Source: Candidatus Saccharimonadota bacterium (GTDB taxonomy: Bacteria > Pseudomonadota > Gammaproteobacteria > Enterobacterales > Enterobacteriaceae). Taken from it: DNA of 32,000 nucleotides. The notes below the pieces were generated by a model. That model made no database searches. It was given only the letters and a program-made list of their open reading frames with translations, and had not been told where the DNA came from. Within the stretch, counting starts at the first letter, position 1; the number at the start of each line of letters is the position of its first letter. The translations under genes were made by a program, and so were the position numbers. The stretch lies in assembly GCF_000973505.1 (NCBI RefSeq), contig NZ_CP010048.1:480001-512000 (forward strand), read 5' to 3'. Shown piece after piece: positions 1-11,628 of this stretch.

Positions 1-625
1 AAGATAACATCTGTTTAAAATTCATAATACCAGAAGCAGCTAATGTACGAACAGGCCCCGAAGAAATAGCATTGACACGAATCCCTTCAGCCCCCAAAGA
101 ACGAGCCATATACCGCATATTAGCCTCTAACGAAGCTTTAGCTAACCCCATAACATTATAATTAGGAATAGCACGTACAGACCCCAAATATGTTAATGTA
201 ACTAAAGACGAACATGTACTTAACATATTACGACAAGCCTTAGCTAAAGCAACAAAACTGTAAGAAGTAACATTATGTGCAACAGAAAAACCTTCACGAG
301 TAATAGACTCCACATAATCACCATTTAATTGATCATTTGATGCATATGCAATGGCATGAACAAATCCATCAAACTTTAACCAAAACTTAGATAAATGTAA
401 AAAAAGATCATTAATAGATTCGTCTTCAGAAACATCACAAGGCAATACAATATCAGAACCAAAATCATTAGCAATCTTTCTTACTCGATCTTTCAATTTA
501 TTATTCTGATAAGTAAAAGCTAACTGAGCACCTTCACGATACATCGCTTTAGCGATACCATACGCCAAAGAACGATAACTGGCAACTCCAGTAATCAAAA
601 CACGTCTACCATCAAGAAATCCCAT
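1..625 (-). CDS. fabI: Enoyl-[acyl-carrier-protein] reductase (NADH) FabI; N-terminal ~208 codons, C-terminus lies beyond the left window edge
   Basis: Absent from the supplied ORF track because it runs off the window. Manual reverse-complement translation from ATG (625-623) gives [48 protein letters not shown]...[53 protein letters not shown] with no stop down to base 2. It is colinear with E. coli FabI as I remember it (MGFLSGKRILVTGVAS..., [19 protein letters not shown]..., [16 protein letters not shown]). Confidence 0.93.
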   Translation of the reverse strand, partial: MGFLDGRRVLITGVASYRSLAYGIAKAMYREGAQLAFTYQNNKLKDRVRKIANDFGSDIVLPCDVSEDESINDLFLHLSKFWLKFDGFVHAIAYASNDQLNGDYVESITREGFSVAHNVTSYSFVALAKACRNMLSTCSSLVTLTYLGSVRAIPNYNVMGLAKASLEANMRYMARSLGAEGIRVNAISSGPVRTLAASGIMNFKQMLS

Positions 626-1584
626 AAAACTACTCCATGGTAACATATACCATTATCGAATAACATACCACTAATACAGTATAAAACAAAAACGCAAATA
701 TATCAAATATATGTAATTGTATATAATAAATACAAAAAACAAACTCATTTTATATCATATTAATCTTAAAACATTCATTGGTATTTATACAAAAATATTA
801 AAAAAAATTTTATAATGCAAATATTACAATTTATACTTCATAATAACACAAAATATAACTTCATAATCAACAAAATAAGAACATTAACATTTTTTTTAAA
901 AATTATTATAAAATTAATCAAACACACTAATACACTAAATCAAACAATTTATAATGAATATAACAAAAAATTTTCAATGACTATAACCAAACATTCTTAC
1001 AAAATCACTCCATCAAATAAACTGCAATAAAAAACTCTAAATAGACACATAACAAAAATAAACATAAACATATAATTATGTGAAGCTTATTATAATAGTA
1101 TATTACAGACTGACAATAATACATGTTCTCATACTATTTAATTACCATGATTATTCACAACACATAAATAAATTTACTTTATTGCAAAACCACCAATAAT
1201 ATATATAACATATAAAATAAAAAATTTTAAAAATCAATATTTATAACAAAGTTATATTTGTATTTTATATACCATGATTTTTAAAAAATAAAACAATGCA
1301 ATTCAACATATAACAACAATAATCACACTCTATATAATTCCTTAATAAATTTTTTATTTATAAAATTTTAAAAAATTAACACTAAAATAAATACATAACA
1401 TAAAATATACAAACAATTAACAAATCACACTAATTTCAACAAAAACACATCTAGAACAGTTTCTGGTAATAATACAAAAAATTTAAGTATACTTACAATC
1501 TTATAATTATGAACTTGCATTATACTCTATCAAAAAAAATGAATGTTTTGCTATATCATCAACAAAAAAAAATATTAATAGATA

Positions 1585-4176
1585 CTACTTATCACTTTTA
1601 ATTTTCCAACATCCATTAATAAAAAAAGATTTCCAACTAGTACACTTACCATCCTTCATCGAAACAACATACTGCTGTTTACTTTTTCGATCAAAACGAA
1701 CTAAAGTTTTATTACCATAAATATCATATATTGGCGCATCTGCCAAATAAGACAACTTTTTTGGCAAACGATCACGAAAACGAACCAATTCTTCTACAAA
1801 AGGAGCACGCGTCTCTCGCGATTTCGGGAAGGTATTAGCCGCTAAAAAAATCCCTGCTTTCCCATCCCGAAGAACAAAATAAGCATTTGATTTTTCACAT
1901 ATAAGTTCTGGTAACGGAAGTACCAAAGATTTTTTAGGCACCACACAATCATTAGATGAAATTTTCATGGTATTTTTGCAATCCAGATTGCTGCATAACA
2001 TATATTTACCAAAACGACCAAACTTTACATACATATCATACATACATTTATCACACTGAACAACACAAAAATCACTTATCTTCTGTATACCAAATTCACC
2101 ATTTTCAATATTATATCCAGCACATAACGGATTATTAACACAAACATGTAATTTACGACAACTATCAATAAAATAACTGTCCATAACACTATTACATTTT
2201 TCACATTTAAAATGATTACTACGAGGAATTGAATTTTGCAACATCTCAGGAACTAAATTTATTGTATTTTTACATCTACTTTTTAAAGACACGATATTTT
2301 TATAACCTTCACAACTAAGAAAAACACCAGTAACCGCAACCCGAATTCCCATATTTTTACCACATAACGAACAAACTATACTAGTCATTATCATCGAATT
2401 CTGACGCATACCGCCATCCTCGAAATCTTTCTCTGCAACACTTAACTGTTCACTGAACCTAATAAAAAAATCATCTAAAACAATTTTCCACTCAGTCTGA
2501 TTATCAGCAATTTTATCAAGCACACCTTCCATATTAGCAGTAAATTGATAATCCATTAACTCATAAAAATTTTCAGATAAACGATCAGTAACAATTTCAC
2601 CTATTTTCATGGCATAAAAATGTGCATGATAAAGACAAACATAACCACGATCCTGTATGGTAGAAATAATTGAAACATACGTAGATGGGCGACCAATACC
2701 TCTTTTTTCTAACTCTTTTACTAAAGATGCTTCATTATAACGAACAGGTGCTTTAGTGAAATGTTGAGTAGCAACAATCCTTTTAAATTTCAATACTTCA
2801 CCAATCTTAAAATCTGGAAATTTATTTTTCTCTTTTTGATCCGACTGATTACCAATCTTAGACATTATTTTTTTCCAACCATCAAAAAAACAAATTCGAT
2901 GAGAAAACTGTAATGTAAAATCTCCTATTTTCATTGATAAGGTAGTAATAATATCTTTCGATGAACTCATTTGAGAAGCAATAAATTGACACCGAATTAA
3001 ATGGTATAATTTTTTTAAATCAGAATTTTTATCTTTTATTGATTCCGACGAAAAACACACGTTAGAAGGTCGAATAGCCTCATGTGCCCCCTGCACACAA
3101 GATGTAAAATTATATTCATTATTTTTTTTAGATAAATATTCTTGACCAAATACATCATAAATATAAGAACGCACCATGCTTAACGCAGATTTACTGACAT
3201 TTGTTGAATCAGTACGCATATAAGTAATATATCCCGCCTCATATAATCGTTGAGCTAATAACATTGTTTTTTTTATACTGTACCCTAAATGCACACTAGC
3301 TGATTGCTGTAAAGTAGATGTAACAAACGGAGGATGTGCCCGAACAAATAAAAATTTATCTACTCTATTGCTAATAACATAAGAATCAGTTTGCAATAAT
3401 ATATTTTTTGCTTGCTTTAACTCTGTTTCCGTAGTTGGAATAAATCGAGATTTTCCATTACGAACTACTTGAAAACGCAACTCATTTCCAATAGAACCAA
3501 TTAAATCAATATATAATTTCCAATATTCTTTAGAAATAAAATTTCTTATCCTGCGTTCACGTTCAACTACCAACCTCACTGCCACAGATTGTACTCGTCC
3601 AGCAGATAATCCTCGAGCAATTTTTTTCCATAATAACGGAGATAACATATAACCAACTAATCGATCCATAAATCGGCGTGCCTGTTGTGCATGTACTTTA
3701 CCAATATTCAATACCGTTGGATGCTTAAACGAGTGCATAATAGCATCGCATGTAATTTCATTAAAAATAACACGACTAATTTTCTTCCTATCTACTTGAA
3801 TGACCTCTTGCAAATGCCAAGCGATAGCTTCACCTTCACGATCTAAATCAGTTGCAAGATAAACATGATCAGAGTTTTTCGCTAACATACTAAGTTCATC
3901 AATAATTTTCTCTTTTCCAGGCAAAATTTCATATTTTGCTATCCATCCATGATATGGATCAATTCCTATACGATGTATTAATGCATTTTTTTTATCCAAT
4001 TTATCAACATTTTTTTTTAAAATTCTGTGGTCTTTTTGATTTTTAATAAACAAACTATTACTTGGTAAATCTCTAACATGACCAAAACTAGATTTCACTA
4101 TATAATTATTCCCTAAATATTTATTAATTGTTTTAGCCTTAGCTGGAGACTCAACAATAACAAGAAATTTTCTCAT
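1585..4176 (-). CDS. topA: DNA topoisomerase I
   Basis: 863-aa ORF colinear with E. coli TopA (~865 aa). Toprim N-terminus MRKFLVIVESPAKAKTINKYLG, DLDREGEAIAWH, active-site Tyr region YITYMRTDST, GIGRPSTY, and C-terminal Cys-rich zinc-ribbon repeats (CSLCGKNM, CEKCNSVM, CDKCMYDM). Confidence 0.97.
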   Translation of the reverse strand: MRKFLVIVESPAKAKTINKYLGNNYIVKSSFGHVRDLPSNSLFIKNQKDHRILKKNVDKLDKKNALIHRIGIDPYHGWIAKYEILPGKEKIIDELSMLAKNSDHVYLATDLDREGEAIAWHLQEVIQVDRKKISRVIFNEITCDAIMHSFKHPTVLNIGKVHAQQARRFMDRLVGYMLSPLLWKKIARGLSAGRVQSVAVRLVVERERRIRNFISKEYWKLYIDLIGSIGNELRFQVVRNGKSRFIPTTETELKQAKNILLQTDSYVISNRVDKFLFVRAHPPFVTSTLQQSASVHLGYSIKKTMLLAQRLYEAGYITYMRTDSTNVSKSALSMVRSYIYDVFGQEYLSKKNNEYNFTSCVQGAHEAIRPSNVCFSSESIKDKNSDLKKLYHLIRCQFIASQMSSSKDIITTLSMKIGDFTLQFSHRICFFDGWKKIMSKIGNQSDQKEKNKFPDFKIGEVLKFKRIVATQHFTKAPVRYNEASLVKELEKRGIGRPSTYVSIISTIQDRGYVCLYHAHFYAMKIGEIVTDRLSENFYELMDYQFTANMEGVLDKIADNQTEWKIVLDDFFIRFSEQLSVAEKDFEDGGMRQNSMIMTSIVCSLCGKNMGIRVAVTGVFLSCEGYKNIVSLKSRCKNTINLVPEMLQNSIPRSNHFKCEKCNSVMDSYFIDSCRKLHVCVNNPLCAGYNIENGEFGIQKISDFCVVQCDKCMYDMYVKFGRFGKYMLCSNLDCKNTMKISSNDCVVPKKSLVLPLPELICEKSNAYFVLRDGKAGIFLAANTFPKSRETRAPFVEELVRFRDRLPKKLSYLADAPIYDIYGNKTLVRFDRKSKQQYVVSMKDGKCTSWKSFFINGCWKIKSDK

Positions 4177-4967
4177 ATAAGCCTTTTTAAATATACGAAA
4201 TATTCTATTTCATTCAACACAAATATAATAATATTCTACTACATTTAATATTAAACTAACTAATATATATTTTATAATATGAAAAATTTAATTATGACAA
4301 ATCAATATAGCAAACAAATCATAATTAAATCAATGATCTCTCATCAACATTACAATAACATCAAAATTATTCATTCTATTCTTCAATACATAAAAAATTT
4401 ATTTAAAATACACACCAATGTTTAAATAAATAATGAATATTAAAATTTTATAAAAAATAATATAAAAAATGAATAATTCACAACCATGCCAAATATAATT
4501 TTCAACATTTAAATAAAAATCATTTGCAATTATAAAATATCAATATTATTTAATTATAATTACTTATCTACAAAAAAATTGTATTATATAATAATTTTAT
4601 ATTTATTAAATATTATTAGTAGCATAGTTGTTTTTCATCTTTAAATTGATCTTATTTATTAAAATCACAATATTCATAACAGACTTATTAACATCAGTAT
4701 ACAATCTAGTAGATTTATGATATTTTATCTTTTTAAGAAAATCTTGATAATTTATGATTAAAATACAATAATTTATTAATTAATTTAATTTTTAAAATTT
4801 ATATTAACATAATTACATTCTCATGAATAAAAAATTGAAATAGATTTTCAAAATTTCGTAAAATTATTAATATAATTTTAAGTATAAAATTATACTATTA
4901 AATAGCACCATTTTCAAAATTCCAACTATGATCTAAAATGTTAAAATAAATATCATCAGGAAAAAGC

Positions 4968-6554
4968 ATGAAACCCAAGCAGCACCAAATAGAAATAATC
5001 AATATTCAAGCAAAATATCACAATGACCCATCAGCAATATTTAATCATTTATGCGGACAACGCACATCAACCTTGCTTTTAGAATCAGCAACAATTAACA
5101 AAAAACACAATATAGAAAGCATGATGATCATAGATAGTGCACTACGCATTGCAGCACATAAACAAAACACAGTAACTATCCAAGCATTAAGTGAAAACGG
5201 ACTATCATTGCTCCCTTTACTAGACGAAATACTACCAACTAATATTACAAATAATATTCTATCTAATAGTCGTGAATTAACTTTCCCAATAATAAAAATT
5301 TCTGAACACGATGAAGATATGAAATTACAATCAACATCAATATTTGATTGTCTTCGCTGGCTGTTACAACTAACAAAGCAACCACAAAACATTACTAACA
5401 AAGCAATATTTTTTGGAGGGTTATTCTCATATGATTTAGTTACTTGTTTTGAATCCGTGCCATCTCTAAAAAATGGACCAAAATGCCCATATTTCTGTTT
5501 TTATCTAGCAGAAATACTTCTAATCTTAGATCATCAACATAACACTTGTAACTTTCAAGCCTCATTGTTTAATAACAATAACCACCAAGAAAAAAAACGA
5601 CTACAAAATAAACTATACACCCTGCAAAAATACATGAATAAAACACCAAAACCTATTCATTCACAAATAATAAAAAACCTAAATCCTACATGCAATAAAA
5701 ATGATGAAGAATACAAAAAAATCATAAAAAAAATGCAATCAGCAATACAAAAAGGAGAAATTTATCAAGTAGTTCCTTCACGAAAATTCTTACTCCCCTG
5801 TCCTTCACCATTAGCTGCTTATCATATATTAAAAACAGAAAATCCGAGTCCATATATGTTTTTCATGCAAGATCACAAATTTACTCTATTTGGAGCATCA
5901 CCAGAAAGTTCATTAAAATATGATTCAAACACTCGAAAAATTGAAATTTACCCAATTGCAGGTACACGCCCAAGAGCAAGAAATATAGATGGAACATTAA
6001 ACATAGATTTAGATAACCGTATTGAATTAGAAATGCGATCAGATCATAAAGAACTATCAGAACATTTAATGTTAGTAGACCTAGCACGAAATGATTTAGC
6101 ACGAGTTTGCATACCGGGTACAAGATATGTTTCTGATTTACTCAAAGTAGACAGATATCATTTTGTTATGCATTTAGTATCTCGCGTGATCGGTAAATTA
6201 CGACATGACCTTGATATATTTCACGCCTATCGTGCTTGTATGAACATGGGAACATTAAGCGGAGCACCAAAAATTAGAGCAATGCAACTTATATCAGAAG
6301 TGGAAAAACAACGACGGGGAAGCTATGGAGGATCCATTGGATATTTCACAGGCGCTGGTAATTTTGACACATGTATTATAATACGATCAGCATATATTGA
6401 AAATGGAATTGCAACTGTACAAGCAGGTGCTGGAATAGTAGTAGATTCTATTCCACAAAACGAAGCTGATGAAAGTCGAAACAAAGCACAAGCTGTTTTA
6501 CAAGCAATCAAAAATGCACATTCTACATCTTTTAAGAGAAACTTTCATGGCTAA
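4968..6554 (+). CDS. trpE: Anthranilate synthase component I
   Basis: 528-aa [18 protein letters not shown] matches the LLES-X10-S tryptophan feedback motif. Chorismate-binding C-terminus VPSRKF..., [33 protein letters not shown] lies 6 nt upstream of the ATG. First gene of a trp operon. Confidence 0.96.
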   Translation: MKPKQHQIEIINIQAKYHNDPSAIFNHLCGQRTSTLLLESATINKKHNIESMMIIDSALRIAAHKQNTVTIQALSENGLSLLPLLDEILPTNITNNILSNSRELTFPIIKISEHDEDMKLQSTSIFDCLRWLLQLTKQPQNITNKAIFFGGLFSYDLVTCFESVPSLKNGPKCPYFCFYLAEILLILDHQHNTCNFQASLFNNNNHQEKKRLQNKLYTLQKYMNKTPKPIHSQIIKNLNPTCNKNDEEYKKIIKKMQSAIQKGEIYQVVPSRKFLLPCPSPLAAYHILKTENPSPYMFFMQDHKFTLFGASPESSLKYDSNTRKIEIYPIAGTRPRARNIDGTLNIDLDNRIELEMRSDHKELSEHLMLVDLARNDLARVCIPGTRYVSDLLKVDRYHFVMHLVSRVIGKLRHDLDIFHAYRACMNMGTLSGAPKIRAMQLISEVEKQRRGSYGGSIGYFTGAGNFDTCIIIRSAYIENGIATVQAGAGIVVDSIPQNEADESRNKAQAVLQAIKNAHSTSFKRNFHG

Positions 6555-7131
6555 TATATTATTACTCGACAATATTGACTCATTTACTTACAACTTGGTA
6601 GATCAATTAAGAAGCAATAAACATAACGTATCTGTTTATAACAACAAATTATCTGCCGCAACAATTATACAAATACTTTCAAAAATGAAAAATCCAATAC
6701 TACTACTATCACCGGGACCGGGATCACCAAAACATGCTGGTTGTATGTTAGAATTATTAAAAAAAATGAAAGGGAAAATACCAATTATCGGGGTATGTCT
6801 TGGACATCAAGCTATTATTCAAGCCTACGGGGGACACATAAAACAAGCCGATAAAATTTTACATGGTAAAACATCAAAAATATATCATGACAATACTGCC
6901 ATGTTTAAAAATATAACCAATCCATTGTTAGTCGGCAGATATCACTCATTAATAGCTACCGATATACCTCCAAATACATTAACAATCAATGCTCTATTCC
7001 AAAATAATACTATCATGGCTGTTCGTAACGACAAAGATAAAATTTGTGGATTTCAATTCCATCCTGAGTCAATTTTAACCACTCATGGAACACATTTATT
7101 AAACCAAACTATCAATTGGGCAATAATATAA
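6547..7131 (+). CDS. trpG: Anthranilate synthase component II (stand-alone glutamine amidotransferase)
   Basis: The homology-supported start is [23 protein letters not shown] at ATG 6547 (E. coli TrpG domain starts [17 protein letters not shown]). It overlaps the trpE stop by 8 nt (ATGGCTAA). Triad motifs IGVCLGHQ and FQFHPES are present. Ends INWAII* and is not fused to trpD. The track ORF start at 6469 is an unsupported out-of-homology extension. Confidence 0.93.
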   Translation: MANILLLDNIDSFTYNLVDQLRSNKHNVSVYNNKLSAATIIQILSKMKNPILLLSPGPGSPKHAGCMLELLKKMKGKIPIIGVCLGHQAIIQAYGGHIKQADKILHGKTSKIYHDNTAMFKNITNPLLVGRYHSLIATDIPPNTLTINALFQNNTIMAVRNDKDKICGFQFHPESILTTHGTHLLNQTINWAII

Positions 7132-7146
7132 ATAAAAATATATCTC

Positions 7147-8160
7147 ATGAAAACAAACAAAATTCTAAATAAACTATATCACGGACAATATTTGAATTAT
7201 TCAGAAAATGAAAAACTCTTTCATTCTATTATTTACGAAAAATTGACACCATTACAAATAACAAGTGTACTAATCAGTATGAAAATACGAGGTGAATCTT
7301 ACGAAGAAATTGCAAGTGCTGCTAATGTACTGCTAAAAATAGCTAAACCATTTCCACATCCACAATACCCTTTTGCCGATATCAGTGGCACGGGAGGGGA
7401 TAAAAACAAAACAATAAATATCTCTACAACTAGTGCAATCGTAGCTGCTAGTTGTGGACTAAAAATAATTAAACATGGGAATCACAATATTTCTGGCCAC
7501 ACAGGCTCAGCTGACTTACTATCAGGATTAAATATCAAACTTAACGTATCTATTCAACAATCTTTAAAATCTTTACAACAGGCTGGAATATGTTTTTTAT
7601 ATGCTCCACAATATCATCCAATTTTAAAACATGTACAAAAAATACGACAGGATTTAAAAACACCAACTTTATTCAATATATTAGGACCACTTATTAACCC
7701 AGCAAAACCTCCATTAGCTATTATTGGAGTATACAAACCAGAATTACTTTTACCGGTTGCTCTCACTGTAAAACAACTTAAATATCATCACACAGCAATA
7801 ATCGCACATTGTGATGGAACAGATGAAATTGGATTACATGCTCCAACAAAAATTGCAGAATTTCATAAAGGAAAAATACAACAATACACGTTAACAGCAT
7901 CAGATTTCGGACTCAAAAATCAGAAAAAAAACGTAATCATTACTAAATCAAAACAAGAGAATATTGATTCTATATTAAAATTGTTACAAGGACAAGGAAA
8001 AACAGAACATGAATACGTAATAGCAGCTAATGTGGCTATGTTGTTAAAATTATTTGGAAACAATAATTTAATTGATAACACACATCGTGCCTTAGAAGCA
8101 ATTCATGAAAAAACAGCATATAAAAATCTATTAGAATTACAACATTGTCAACAGACATAA
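7147..8160 (+). CDS. trpD: Anthranilate phosphoribosyltransferase
   Basis: 337-aa ORF. Motifs LISMKIRGES, ISGTGGDKNKTINISTTSA, KHGN, LFNILGPLINPA. Colinear with the C-terminal half of E. coli TrpD. Starts 15 nt after the trpG stop. Confidence 0.95.
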   Translation: MKTNKILNKLYHGQYLNYSENEKLFHSIIYEKLTPLQITSVLISMKIRGESYEEIASAANVLLKIAKPFPHPQYPFADISGTGGDKNKTINISTTSAIVAASCGLKIIKHGNHNISGHTGSADLLSGLNIKLNVSIQQSLKSLQQAGICFLYAPQYHPILKHVQKIRQDLKTPTLFNILGPLINPAKPPLAIIGVYKPELLLPVALTVKQLKYHHTAIIAHCDGTDEIGLHAPTKIAEFHKGKIQQYTLTASDFGLKNQKKNVIITKSKQENIDSILKLLQGQGKTEHEYVIAANVAMLLKLFGNNNLIDNTHRALEAIHEKTAYKNLLELQHCQQT

Positions 8161-8161
8161 C

Positions 8162-9535
8162 ATGAATAACTCTATTTTAGAAAAAATAATTTTTTATAAA
8201 AAAAATTGGATACATGCACAAATCCAACAAACACCACTAAAAACATTACAAGCATGTGTTCAACCAAGCACGAGGAATTTTTATCATGCACTTAACAAAA
8301 AATATACCGTATTTATTTTAGAATGCAAAAAAGCCTCCCCCTCTGGAGGTATTATTTGCAAAAATTTTAATATAGCTAAAATAGCTAATGTTTATAAACA
8401 TCATGCATCAGCTATTTCAGTATTAACTGATGAAAAATTTTTTTGTGGCAATTTTAATCTTTTACATCAAATGAGTCAAATTGTTCAACAACCAATATTA
8501 TGCAAAGATTTTATCATATCTAAATGGCAAATTTATTTTTCACGATTACATCAAGCAGACGCTGTCTTATTAATGTTATCTATATTAGACGATGAAACAT
8601 ATCAAAAATTACAAAAAACAGCTAAAACCTTAAATATGGAGGTATTAACCGAAGTTACAAACCAACAAGAATGGGAACGTGCCATGAATTTAGGAGCTAA
8701 AATAATAGGCATCAACAACAGAAACTTACATGATTTTACTATTAATTTGGAACGTACTATAACATTAGCTAAAAAAAAATATCAAGATAAAATAATAATT
8801 AGTGAATCCGGTATTAATCATTATAGAGATATCCGAAAACTCTGCCAATATGTTGATGGATTTTTAATTGGAAGTGCATTAACCAGTCAACATAATATCA
8901 ATATAGCTATAAAAAAAATTTTCATGGGAGAAAACAAAATATGCGGTTTAACCAGGGCCACAGACGCACAAGCTGCTCATCAATCTGGCGCTATATATGG
9001 GGGATTAATTTTTGTTCCAGAATCACCTAGAACTATTGACATAGATACAGCATATCACATTATATGTAGTATGAAAAAATTATATTATGTTGGTGTATTC
9101 CGTAATTCTCCAATTGAACATATCATTAAAATAGTTACATTATTAAAATTATCTGCAGTTCAACTGCATGGCCAAGAAAATACTCAATATATAAATATAT
9201 TACATAACCATCTGCCAAAAAATTGCTCAATTTGGAAAGCATTAAACGCTAATGAATATATACCAAATATTAATTACCCTACCACAAAAAAAATAAAACG
9301 ATATGTATTAGATAATCACCAAGGAGGAAGTGGCAAACAATTTGACTGGTCACTACTTAAAAATATCCCCCTGGACAATATAATATTAAGTGGTGGATTA
9401 ACAACAGAAAATTGTCATCATGCATCCACATTAGGATGTGCAGGATTAGATTTTAACTCAGGCGTAGAAACCACTCCAGGAATTAAAGATCACCAAAAAC
9501 TAAATGAAATATTTCAAATATTACGATCTTATTAG
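8162..9535 (+). CDS. trpC: Bifunctional indole-3-glycerol-phosphate synthase / phosphoribosylanthranilate isomerase
   Basis: 457-aa ORF. N-terminal IGPS half (FILECKKASPSGG, SVLTDEKFF, GINNRNL) and C-terminal PRAI half (KICGLTRATDAQAA, VQLHGQE). The fused architecture matches enteric TrpC(F). Its ATG is 1 nt after the trpD stop. Confidence 0.95.
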   Translation: MNNSILEKIIFYKKNWIHAQIQQTPLKTLQACVQPSTRNFYHALNKKYTVFILECKKASPSGGIICKNFNIAKIANVYKHHASAISVLTDEKFFCGNFNLLHQMSQIVQQPILCKDFIISKWQIYFSRLHQADAVLLMLSILDDETYQKLQKTAKTLNMEVLTEVTNQQEWERAMNLGAKIIGINNRNLHDFTINLERTITLAKKKYQDKIIISESGINHYRDIRKLCQYVDGFLIGSALTSQHNINIAIKKIFMGENKICGLTRATDAQAAHQSGAIYGGLIFVPESPRTIDIDTAYHIICSMKKLYYVGVFRNSPIEHIIKIVTLLKLSAVQLHGQENTQYINILHNHLPKNCSIWKALNANEYIPNINYPTTKKIKRYVLDNHQGGSGKQFDWSLLKNIPLDNIILSGGLTTENCHHASTLGCAGLDFNSGVETTPGIKDHQKLNEIFQILRSY

Positions 9536-9597
9536 CCAGCCCATAACTGATTTTATTAAACTACTAATTTTATTATACTTAAGAGATATATACAACA

Positions 9598-10803
9598 ATG
9601 ACCAAATCAAAACTTTCTTCTTATTTCGGGGAATTTGGTGGCGCATATGTGCCACAAATTCTAACTCCTGTATTAAATGAATTAGAAAATACCTTCATTT
9701 CTGCTAAAAATGATCCAATTTTTCAAAAAACTCTAACAATGCTTCTTAATAAATATGCCGGAAGACCAACACCACTAACATTATGTAATAATATCACACA
9801 AGGTACACATACTAAACTATATCTCAAACGAGAAGATTTGTTACATGGAGGTGCTCATAAAATTAACCAAGCATTAGGACAAGCTCTTTTAGCAAAACGA
9901 ATGAAAAAAAGTGAAATTGTCGCTGAAACTGGCGCTGGACAACATGGAGTTGCTTGCGCTATGGCTGCATCTTTATTACAATTAAAATGTCGAATTTATA
10001 TGAGTGATAAAGACATACAACGACAAAAAGAAAACGTATTTCGGATGCAATTAATGGGGGCAAAAGTCATTTCTGTAAATAAAGAAGGTCACGCTACTTT
10101 AAAAGATGCTTGCAATTCGGCTATGAAAGATTGGACAAAAACATATAAAAATACTCACTATATACTTGGCACAGCTGCTGGACCGCACCCTTTTCCTACT
10201 ATCGTGCGAGAATTTCAACGTATTATCGGGCAAGAAACATACAAACAAATACAACTAGAAGAACACTGTTTACCAAATGCAATTATTGCTTGCATAGGTG
10301 GTGGATCCAATGCTATTGGGATTTTCTCTGATTTTATTCATCAAAATTCAGTGAAATTAATAGGCGTTGAAGCCGGAGGACTAGGAGTTAACACGGATCA
10401 ACACAGCGCAGCCATACAATATGGTTCTTTAGGAATATATTTCGGTATGAAAGCTCCCATAATGCAATCTAATGATGGGCAAATTATTAAAAATTCATAC
10501 TCCATTGCCGCTGGACTTGATTTTCCTTCTGCCGGCCCAGAGCACGCATATCTTAACGAAATACAACGCGCGAAATATGTTTCAATAACAGATGCAGAAG
10601 CAATACAAGCATTTAAAATGCTATCTAAATACGAAGGAATTATCCCAGCTTTAGAATCTGCTCACGCTGTAGCATATGCATTAAAAATGATTCAAAAAAC
10701 ACCAAATACAGATCAAATTTTGATAGTCAATTTATCTGGACGAGGTGATAAAGATATTGAAACTATACAAAACACTTTAACAAAAAATTCAGGAAATACA
10801 TAA
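9598..10803 (+). CDS. trpB: Tryptophan synthase beta chain
   Basis: 401-aa [19 protein letters not shown]-lysine motif [34 protein letters not shown]. Confidence 0.97.
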   Translation: MTKSKLSSYFGEFGGAYVPQILTPVLNELENTFISAKNDPIFQKTLTMLLNKYAGRPTPLTLCNNITQGTHTKLYLKREDLLHGGAHKINQALGQALLAKRMKKSEIVAETGAGQHGVACAMAASLLQLKCRIYMSDKDIQRQKENVFRMQLMGAKVISVNKEGHATLKDACNSAMKDWTKTYKNTHYILGTAAGPHPFPTIVREFQRIIGQETYKQIQLEEHCLPNAIIACIGGGSNAIGIFSDFIHQNSVKLIGVEAGGLGVNTDQHSAAIQYGSLGIYFGMKAPIMQSNDGQIIKNSYSIAAGLDFPSAGPEHAYLNEIQRAKYVSITDAEAIQAFKMLSKYEGIIPALESAHAVAYALKMIQKTPNTDQILIVNLSGRGDKDIETIQNTLTKNSGNT

Positions 10804-11628
10804 ATGACACGTTATAAAAAACTATTTTCAAAATTAATGCTACAACAAGAAAAAGCTTTTATTCCTTTTGTTACTTTAGGGGACCCTGATTTTCATTTAT
10901 CAATAAAAATCATAAATATATTAATTAAATATGGTGCTGACGCATTAGAACTAGGTATTCCATTTTCTGATCCACTGGGAGACGGGAAAAGTATACAAAA
11001 TTCTTTTCAACGTGCACTTGACTCTAAAATTAAAATAAACGATGCATTTAAAATAATAAAAATAATACGTCAAAAATATTCAAATATACCTATCGGGTTA
11101 TTAACATATACTAATTTAGTATTTAAAAATGGAATTGATGAATTTTATTCATCTTGTCAGCAACATAATATAGATTCTATATTAATCGCCGATCTACCAA
11201 TCGAAGAAAGCAAAATATTCAGAAATGCTGCATTACAACATAATATTAGCCAAGTCTTCATATGCCCACCAAATGCTAATAACAATTTACTAAAACAAAT
11301 AGCCAAACATTCGCAATCATATACTTACTTAACATCTCGTCCCGGAGTAACCGGAAATGAACACAATAATAGTATGCATGATAATTGTTCTTTAGATATT
11401 TTAATTCACGATTTAAAAACACACAATTCACCACCAATTATACAAGGATTCGGAATATCTTGTCCTTTAGATGTACAAATAGCACTATCATCAGAAATAA
11501 ACGGAATTATTTCAGGATCAGCTATTGCTGACATTATTATGTATAATATGTATAATCATGAAATACTATTTGACCAACTAAAAAATTTCGTTTCTTCAAT
11601 GAAGAAGGCCACTATTATTAAAAAATAA
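10804..11628 (+). CDS. trpA: Tryptophan synthase alpha chain
   Basis: 274-aa ORF. Its ATG directly abuts the trpB stop (TAAATG). FIPFVTLGDP, ELGIPFSDPLGDG, GFGIS motifs. Confidence 0.95.
   Translation: MTRYKKLFSKLMLQQEKAFIPFVTLGDPDFHLSIKIINILIKYGADALELGIPFSDPLGDGKSIQNSFQRALDSKIKINDAFKIIKIIRQKYSNIPIGLLTYTNLVFKNGIDEFYSSCQQHNIDSILIADLPIEESKIFRNAALQHNISQVFICPPNANNNLLKQIAKHSQSYTYLTSRPGVTGNEHNNSMHDNCSLDILIHDLKTHNSPPIIQGFGISCPLDVQIALSSEINGIISGSAIADIIMYNMYNHEILFDQLKNFVSSMKKATIIKK

Noticed and set aside
815-1030. 71-aa ORF on the + strand in the fabI-topA spacer
   Set aside because: Low-complexity N/K/I/T-rich translation of A-rich DNA. No Shine-Dalgarno, no recognisable motif, and it is the kind of ORF expected by chance on the G-poor strand.
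4703-4715. Palindrome AATCTA-G-TAGATT containing a CTAG core, considered as a TrpR operator remnant
   Set aside because: It has a single CTAG rather than the tandem CTAG half-sites of the trp operator. It lies about 255 nt upstream of trpE, and 6-bp AT-rich palindromes are expected by chance here.
6469-6546. Upstream ATG giving a 220-aa TrpG that overlaps trpE by 86 nt
   Set aside because: The extra 26 residues have no counterpart in TrpG homologues. The conserved N-terminus [17 protein letters not shown] starts at 6547, with a typical ATGGCTAA coupling overlap.
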